A stretch of DNA of 64,000 nucleotides from Candidatus Poribacteria bacterium (GTDB taxonomy: Bacteria > Poribacteria > WGA-4E > WGA-3G): positions 3,456,001-3,520,000 of the forward strand of contig OZ243938.1 of assembly GCA_965214095.1 (NCBI GenBank), written 5' to 3'. Shown one piece after another: positions 57,983 through 64,000 of this stretch (position 1 is the stretch's first letter; the number at the start of each line of letters is the position of its first letter). The translations under genes were made by a program, and so were the position numbers. Below the pieces are notes generated by a model, which saw nothing but the letters and a program-made list of their open reading frames with translations, was not told the origin of the DNA and did no database searches.

Positions 57983-59239
57983 TTATTCAGTGGAGCAAGA
58001 GTTGCTTTCAAAAATCACTTCAGGATTATCTTCTCCACGAATATGAACTACCTTACCATCTGTTTTAAAACAGTTATCATAGAAACGGATGTTGTAAATA
58101 CCATCAGTCATGCAGTCAACAACAGCGGGATTTCCAGTAGTTGATTTAGCGGATGTGATTGTATTCTGATAAATAGTTGTATTTCTAATACCGCCATTTG
58201 ACCCTGTTGACCATAGGTGAACGCCGCCGTAAGTGTTTTTTCGACCATCGTTTTCACTGAGATTATAGCGAATTATGTTATTGTGGAATGCCTTTGCCCC
58301 ATCAAATTGTGCTAATAGAAATCCCGCTCCGTCATTGTCGTGTGAATAGTTATATTGCACAATTGAATTCTGCACGCCTCCATCCAGATCAAACCCACCT
58401 CCGTCTTTGCTGCTGCCTGTACGGTTATGATGCGATTCGTTCATCTGAATGAGAACACGATTTGAATCCCATGTCCAAATTCCGATGGGACCACCGTCCT
58501 CACAATCATTCAAAGTCCCATTTTCATATACCTCACAATGTTCAATCGTAGCACCATCCACTTGTCCAAGGACTATTCCGTTTCCTGAATGACTCCCCTT
58601 ACCTGGAATTCCTAAGTTGCTAAAGACACGACAGTTTCCAATATAGATGTCAGCATGAGAGTATTCTGTTTCTTCAGGGTTCCAATTGCCTATTAAGTTT
58701 ATTCCTGCGTCTCCGTTATCATGAACATCAGCATGTGTGATATTTACTTGACTAAACCCACACCATCCACCATCAATTGGTTGTGCTGCTATGCTTATTC
58801 CAGCATACTTGAATCCACTAACGTTAACATTTTCAATGTGTATATACTTTAGTTTTCTGTGTTCTGGTAGTGTATTTACGAACGAGATTCCAGAGTTGGT
58901 ATTCTGTTCTGTTCCTGCACCAACGAAGTTGAGATCAAGTATCCGTACACCACCGATGTTTTTCGCGAAAAAACCAGCTTCATCATTAGCATCAATAGTG
59001 GCATTTCCATCACCATAAGAACCGAAAGTAACGGGTTTATCTAAGGTATCTATATTTGCAACAGAAAGCGTAAGGTTTCCCTTGAAAGTCTGATTGCCTT
59101 GAAACGACACCGAATCACCCGGTAGTAATTGCGTTGCATTTACCCGTTTGATGTTCTGCCAAGGCTGCTTCTTGGATATACCTGAGTTTGTATCTTCACC
59201 AAATGGACTGATATAGTAATCCATATACTTTAACTTCAT
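57983..59239 (-). CDS. Right-handed parallel beta-helix protein (pectin-lyase-like)
   Basis: YYISPFGEDTNSG..PW, DGGGFDLDGG, QYNYSHDNDGAG. Confidence 0.85.
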   Translation of the reverse strand: MKLKYMDYYISPFGEDTNSGISKKQPWQNIKRVNATQLLPGDSVSFQGNQTFKGNLTLSVANIDTLDKPVTFGSYGDGNATIDANDEAGFFAKNIGGVRILDLNFVGAGTEQNTNSGISFVNTLPEHRKLKYIHIENVNVSGFKYAGISIAAQPIDGGWCGFSQVNITHADVHDNGDAGINLIGNWNPEETEYSHADIYIGNCRVFSNLGIPGKGSHSGNGIVLGQVDGATIEHCEVYENGTLNDCEDGGPIGIWTWDSNRVLIQMNESHHNRTGSSKDGGGFDLDGGVQNSIVQYNYSHDNDGAGFLLAQFDGAKAFHNNIIRYNLSENDGRKNTYGGVHLWSTGSNGGIRNTTIYQNTITSAKSTTGNPAVVDCMTDGIYNIRFYDNCFKTDGKVVHIRGEDNPEVIFESNSCSTE

Positions 59240-60598
59240 CTAATTTGGACTGAGGATTAACCCGTCCATCCTCATCCACTCAATTGTTTGTTCAAAGGCA
59301 TCCACCGTTTTTGTAATGTCTTCTTCTGTATGTGCAGCGGTTGTCATACCTCCATTCGTCGCGAGGTCTACACCATTGAGTAACAAACCGCATCGGAGAT
59401 GCATAAGAAGTTTATCATCATTGCCACCCTTCAGTTTTTGATAATCCCAAGTGTATGGATCGAAATCGGCAGCACGTATATCCTTCTCACCGTGTCCAAT
59501 GAGGAGTCTGATACCAGAAAACTCACCGTATATTACCCAATCTAATCGGTATGAATCAATAACACTATTGAGTGCATCGCGAAGTTTTTGTGCGATGTGG
59601 TTTGCCTTTTCATTCGGTTTTCCTGTCTTTACAATGTTAAGCATTGCGATACCCGCAGATGCCGAAAGCGGATTAGCATTAAATGTGCCAGGATGTGGCA
59701 TTTTTTGTCCTTCTTCCTCTGCCTTCAAAGAAATTAAATCAACAATCTCTTTTTTTCCAACGAGTGCTCCACCGGGTAATCCACCTGCAACAATCTTTGC
59801 TAATGTTGTCATATCGGGGATGACATTGTAGTGTGCCTGTGCGCCACCAGGTGCAACCCGAAAACCTGTAATTACTTCGTCGAAAATGAGTAGAACACCG
59901 TGCTCTTGCGTTATCTCACGAAGTTGTTGTAAAAATACACCATCAGTTGGAACAATTCCAAAAGATGCCCCTGTCGGTTCAAGAATAACACAGGCGATGT
60001 CTTTATCTGTTTTCAACAACGTTTCAACTTTCTCAATGTCGTTTGGTGGGCAGAGAATGGTTGTATCGCGCACCTCTTGTGGAATGCCTGGGACAGACAT
60101 ATCAAAGGGTGGATATGCCCCGAAGATAAGGCTGTCGTGCCAACCGTGAAAATGTCCAGCAAACTTCAACACTTTGTTTTTTTGTGTATAGGTGCGTGCA
60201 AGCCGTATCGCCATGAGTGTTGCTTCAGTGCCAGAACTGACAAACCTGATGCGTTCTGCTGACGGAATGAGTTGCGTAACCAGGTTTCCCCATTCCAACT
60301 CAAGTGGATGACATGCCCCGTAATGTGTGCCGCGTTGCATCTGTGCTGTCACTGCTTCCACAATATCAGGTGGATTATGTCCGAGCAGTAATGCCCCGTG
60401 TCCTGCCCAATAGTCAATAAAGGTCTTATCTTCAAGTCCCCATTTTTTCGCGCCATCAGCACGGGTAATATAAATTGGGAATGGAGACATGTGGCGACTA
60501 TCATGCGTCACACCATCGGGAAAGAGTTGGTTTGCTGCTTGTGACAGTTCTTTATCTTTTGCAAAGGTCTTTTGATATCGCTCTAAAATTGATGGCAT
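59240..60598 (-). CDS. Class III PLP aminotransferase (HemL-like)
   Basis: SSGTEAT, LIFDEVITGFR, LAKIVAGGLP, GTFNANP. Confidence 0.9.
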   Translation of the reverse strand: MPSILERYQKTFAKDKELSQAANQLFPDGVTHDSRHMSPFPIYITRADGAKKWGLEDKTFIDYWAGHGALLLGHNPPDIVEAVTAQMQRGTHYGACHPLELEWGNLVTQLIPSAERIRFVSSGTEATLMAIRLARTYTQKNKVLKFAGHFHGWHDSLIFGAYPPFDMSVPGIPQEVRDTTILCPPNDIEKVETLLKTDKDIACVILEPTGASFGIVPTDGVFLQQLREITQEHGVLLIFDEVITGFRVAPGGAQAHYNVIPDMTTLAKIVAGGLPGGALVGKKEIVDLISLKAEEEGQKMPHPGTFNANPLSASAGIAMLNIVKTGKPNEKANHIAQKLRDALNSVIDSYRLDWVIYGEFSGIRLLIGHGEKDIRAADFDPYTWDYQKLKGGNDDKLLMHLRCGLLLNGVDLATNGGMTTAAHTEEDITKTVDAFEQTIEWMRMDGLILSPN

Positions 60599-60646
60599 TC
60601 CTGTCCTCTATGTGAATTGATTCAAAATCGGTGAGAATATATTTCT

Positions 60647-60675
60647 ATAATACATCAATAGAGTGGAAATGTCAA
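60647..60675 (-). promoter_or_regulatory. Sigma70 promoter for the aminotransferase operon
   Basis: Reverse strand TTGACA-17 nt-TATTAT. Confidence 0.6.
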
Positions 60676-60811
60676 TGAAAATGAAGGAATGTATCAGGAT
60701 GGGAATGCAAGCAGGATATTTAGAAAATGTTGTGATAACAATCCGCATGAGTGTTATACTAATGATTATACACCTAATTGCTACACATTCGCAACAATTA
60801 CCTTGAAAAAC

Positions 60812-60840
60812 TTGATATAGCGAACGAAATGTGTTATAAT
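60812..60840 (+). promoter_or_regulatory. Sigma70 promoter for the rpsF operon
   Basis: TTGATA-17 nt-TATAAT with extended TG. Confidence 0.75.
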
Positions 60841-60901
60841 TAAGTGACATTTAGTTATTGAGACAGAATCTATCCAAAAGATAGAAATACAAATAAACTT
60901 A

Positions 60902-60947
60902 CCTCTGCTCCCCGATATTGCGGTGGAGCCGTGAGTCCATAGAGAGG
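60902..60947 (+). ncRNA. S6:S18 ribosomal protein leader
   Basis: Outer stem CCTCT/AGAGG sequesters the SD; inner stem GCTCC-CCG/CGG-T-GGAGC; 3' loop with CCG and CCA; directly upstream of rpsF. Confidence 0.7.
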
Positions 60948-60954
60948 ATATACT

Positions 60955-61419
60955 TTGAGACTATACGAACTTATGCTTATCATCACCCCTGACCATGAGG
61001 AGAATGAGGCAAATGCACTCATTGATACTGTCAAGGGTATTATTGAAGGTGGTGGAAATCTAATTCATCTTGATGTTTGGGGAAAGAGGCGACTTGCATA
61101 CCCAATTCAGAAGCGCAGCGAGGGTTACTACGCAGTTTATGTGTTTGAATGCGACCCGAGTTTCGTTGCACAAGTGAATCAAGCACTCCGTGTTATTGAA
61201 GCAATTTTACGACACATGATTGTACTCTATGAAGACGACATAGAAAAGTTGAAGGCAGCACAGGAAGAGGAAACAGCACCTGAAGCCACGGATGATAACA
61301 TCCCAGAAGATATAACGGATGAAGACGCGCAAGAAGAAACAACCGAATCTGTAGAAGAAACTACAGAGTCCGATGAAGTCCCAACATCCGTTGAAGACAA
61401 TACCACAGAATCTGAGTAA
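60955..61419 (+). CDS. rpsF: 30S ribosomal protein S6 with long acidic tail
   Basis: YELMLII, WGKRRLAYPI, ILRHMIV. Confidence 0.96.
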   Translation: MRLYELMLIITPDHEENEANALIDTVKGIIEGGGNLIHLDVWGKRRLAYPIQKRSEGYYAVYVFECDPSFVAQVNQALRVIEAILRHMIVLYEDDIEKLKAAQEEETAPEATDDNIPEDITDEDAQEETTESVEETTESDEVPTSVEDNTTESE

Positions 61420-61491
61420 TTACATATCAAACAATACTTGCGAAATAAAAAATATATCATCTTATGACGCAGGACAATAAAGGAGCATAAC

Positions 61492-61968
61492 ATGGCAAGT
61501 TATAACAAAGTCATTTTGATGGGAAATCTCACAAGAGACCCGGAAATGAAATATCTGCCAAGTGGAACTGCCGTTGCGAATTTTGGAATCGCTATGAGCG
61601 AAAAGTATACTGATAGACAAAGTGGCGAACAGAGAGAGAATGTCTGTTTTGTTGATGTAGAAGCGTGGGACAGGCAAGCCGAAATTGTTAATGAATACCT
61701 CAGTAAGGGTAGTCCCATCTTCCTTGAAGGGGCCCTAAAGTTTGACTCTTGGGAAACACCTGAAGGGGAAAAACGTAATAAACTCAAAGTTAGAATGTTC
61801 CGTATGCAATTAATTGGCGGCAGACAGGATAGTGATGAAGGAAGCAGTGGTTACACACAAGCTACACCATCAGACACAACACCGATGCAAGGGCAGCCTG
61901 ACCAGAGTTCTACACCATCGGCAGGAGAGAGTGATACATCCTCAACGGATGATGACATACCATTCTAA
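61492..61968 (+). CDS. ssb: Single-stranded DNA-binding protein
   Basis: NKVILMGNLTRDPE, C-terminal DDDIPF. Confidence 0.97.
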   Translation: MASYNKVILMGNLTRDPEMKYLPSGTAVANFGIAMSEKYTDRQSGEQRENVCFVDVEAWDRQAEIVNEYLSKGSPIFLEGALKFDSWETPEGEKRNKLKVRMFRMQLIGGRQDSDEGSSGYTQATPSDTTPMQGQPDQSSTPSAGESDTSSTDDDIPF

Positions 61969-62045
61969 CAAATGCCGCGGAGGAAAAGTATCAGTTATAC
62001 CCATTTAAACTATTATAGTAATGAGAGATAAAGGAGTAGAAAAAC

Positions 62046-62246
62046 ATGGCTTATCGTCGGAGACCCCGTTATAGCAAGTTGGAATCCGTAGATTACAAAG
62101 ATGTAGATACGTTAAGGAAGTTTGTCAACGAACGCGGGAAAATCGTGAGTCGTAGAGCTTCTGGACTTTCTGCAAAACAGCAACGCATGGTAACCCGTGC
62201 TATCAAACGGGCGAGAGATATGGCATTATTGCCATTTACACGATAA
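62046..62246 (+). CDS. rpsR: 30S ribosomal protein S18 (Cys-free form)
   Basis: [23 protein letters not shown]. Confidence 0.96.
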   Translation: MAYRRRPRYSKLESVDYKDVDTLRKFVNERGKIVSRRASGLSAKQQRMVTRAIKRARDMALLPFTR

Positions 62247-62326
62247 TCTTAGATACATATTATCTTTAGGTGCAGGGTTTCTATTGAACAATTATCAAAT
62301 GTTTCATTGACAACTGCACTATTTGG

Positions 62327-62785
62327 ATGGAAATTATGGAAGTCATACTTAAAAAAAGAATTGATGGATTAGGAGATCCAGGGGATGTACTGAAGGTCGC
62401 TGCGGGTTACGCTCGGAATTATCTGTTACCTATGGATTTAGCAGTGCATGCAACGGAGCGAAATCGACGTTTCCTTGAGCATCAGAAACGAGTCATTGAT
62501 CAACAAGAATCGAAAGATAAAGAACAGGCACGTGAAATCGCATCTAAAATCGTTGATGTTACATGTCACTTAACTCGACGTGCAGGTGAAAACGACAGGC
62601 TATTCGGTTCAGTTACCCCCGCGGACATTGTAGAATCTTTGCGAGCAGCAGCCAATGTTGAACTTGATCGGCGCATCATAGAACTTTCTGAACCGATCCG
62701 TGAACTCGGTGCTTTTACTGTCATAGCAAAACTACATGCAGATGTAATAGTAGAATTACGGGTCGTTGTTGAGAGGGAAGAATAG
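62327..62785 (+). CDS. rplI: 50S ribosomal protein L9
   Basis: MEVIL, GYARNYLLP, LFGSVT; true start may be 62336. Confidence 0.96.
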   Translation: MEIMEVILKKRIDGLGDPGDVLKVAAGYARNYLLPMDLAVHATERNRRFLEHQKRVIDQQESKDKEQAREIASKIVDVTCHLTRRAGENDRLFGSVTPADIVESLRAAANVELDRRIIELSEPIRELGAFTVIAKLHADVIVELRVVVEREE

Positions 62786-62839
62786 CGAGACTTTTCAAAT
62801 TACGGACATTGCCATTATCTGATTGATGGGGAAATAGTC

Positions 62840-64000
62840 ATGCAAACACAAGCAGTTGATTCGCTTATGGATAAAGAAGCTGAACAAGCGGTGCTTGGGT
62901 CAATGATGACAGAAAAGTCTATTATTCCTCGTATAGAGACCTTGCTCGGTCCAACGTCCGATGCCTTTTTCACTACGGATCATCAACTTATCTATACTGC
63001 AATTCTTGCCGTTTATAATCGTGTCAATGATGCGGATCCTATACTTGTTGCGAACGAGTTAAATCGGACAGATCAGTTGAATCGCGTGGGTGGGGCAGAT
63101 TATTTATATGAACTACAAGCCCCCATTGTTGAGACAGAAAGTGCGGAGTTTTATGCAGAAATTATCCGTGAAAAGGCTACACGCCGACGCCTTATCAGTG
63201 CCTCAACACAAATACATGATCTTGCACAAGATGAGAGTATAGAAATCAGCGATGTTCTTGACCAATCACAGGAAGCAGTTTTTGAACTTGGTCAAGATGG
63301 GGTAAAACGAGGTTTTGAACATATACAGTCCTTGCTTAAGCAAGGCATCAATATAATTGAAAAACTCTATCATAGTAAACAAAAGTTCTTAGGTGTTCCT
63401 ACTGGTTTCATAGATTTTGATAACTACACCTCAGGGTTGCAGCCGGGAAATTTCATTATCATTGCTGCTCGACCTAGTATGGGAAAAACGACCTTAGTCC
63501 TAAATATGGCACAAAACATTGCCATAGAACAAAGACTCCCAGTAGCCATATTTAGCCTTGAAATGCCAGCACAAGACATCGCCCTACGCATGCTTTCCGC
63601 TGAGTCACAGATCAATTTCGGACAACTACGGGCTGGCAAGTTTAATGAGGATTACTGGGCACCGTTGGGGCATAGCGTAGGCCGACTCGGTGAAGCCCCT
63701 ATATTGATAAATGATAATAGAGGGGTAACGGTACAGGGACTTCGTGCGGAAGCACGACGCTTAAAGGGAGATTATGAAAACCTTGCTTTAATTATCGTTG
63801 ACTACTTACAACTGCTACGCGGTACTGGACGATACAATGCACGTGAACAAGAAATCTCTGAAATTTCACGTGCTTTAAAAATACTTGCATGGGAATTGAA
63901 TGTACCTGTTCTTGCATGCTCACAACTCAATAGAGAGATAGAACGTCGTCCTAACAAACAACCGCAACTCTCAGATCTTCGTGAATCTGGTGCGATAGAA
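62840..64000 (+). CDS. dnaB: Replicative DNA helicase, runs off the window (absent from ORF track)
   Basis: Hand translation: EAEQAVLGSM, AARPSMGKT, FSLEM, IVDYLQL, SQLNR, LSDLRESGAIE. Confidence 0.96.
   Translation, partial: MQTQAVDSLMDKEAEQAVLGSMMTEKSIIPRIETLLGPTSDAFFTTDHQLIYTAILAVYNRVNDADPILVANELNRTDQLNRVGGADYLYELQAPIVETESAEFYAEIIREKATRRRLISASTQIHDLAQDESIEISDVLDQSQEAVFELGQDGVKRGFEHIQSLLKQGINIIEKLYHSKQKFLGVPTGFIDFDNYTSGLQPGNFIIIAARPSMGKTTLVLNMAQNIAIEQRLPVAIFSLEMPAQDIALRMLSAESQINFGQLRAGKFNEDYWAPLGHSVGRLGEAPILINDNRGVTVQGLRAEARRLKGDYENLALIIVDYLQLLRGTGRYNAREQEISEISRALKILAWELNVPVLACSQLNREIERRPNKQPQLSDLRESGAIE

Noticed and set aside
59240-60598. Assigning hemL
   Set aside because: Lacks the typical GGVNSPVR motif (has DGVTHDSR) and there are no heme genes nearby.
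62840-64000. Intein in dnaB
   Set aside because: RPSMGKTT and LRESGAIE read through without insertion.

Overview
Bacterial chromosomal window. The giant LRR/cadherin proteins ending in an NxPNPFNPETWIPY...RKMLIRK domain, a C-terminal GKLTxRWADLK fragment, PhyH, sulfatase and FGE-domain genes suggest Ca. Poribacteria or a similar sponge symbiont (inference only). Layout: (1) 1-2.7 kb: FGE-domain gene, an AAA-ATPase broken by a decayed IS5, and a cluster of GTAG/CTAC REP-like palindromes. (2) 2.7-28.6 kb: tandem array of very large secreted eukaryote-like-repeat proteins (LRR, cadherin, WD40, YWTD, cohesin+dockerin, metzincin) with clear signs of module shuffling and decay. (3) 28.8-39.7 kb: a translationally coupled operon I cannot match to a described pathway: two FabZ-like dehydratases, flavin-dependent halogenase, DUF1702/UnbL-like protein, two Tat lipoproteins with near-identical N-termini and different membrane C-termini, a fused KS-CLF-like synthase, ACP, a GcvT-like folate enzyme and a beta-propeller lipoprotein. 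This is the best candidate for a new system. (4) 39.8-42.3 kb: convergent CADD-SnoaL-HAD-PhyH operon; the PhyH has an H-x-A motif like radical halogenases. (5) 42.5-49 kb: partner-switching signalling locus without a sigma factor. (6) 49-64 kb: mostly housekeeping genes, ending in an S6:S18 leader and rpsF-ssb-rpsR-rplI-dnaB. All family calls come from motif recognition by eye; no searches were run.
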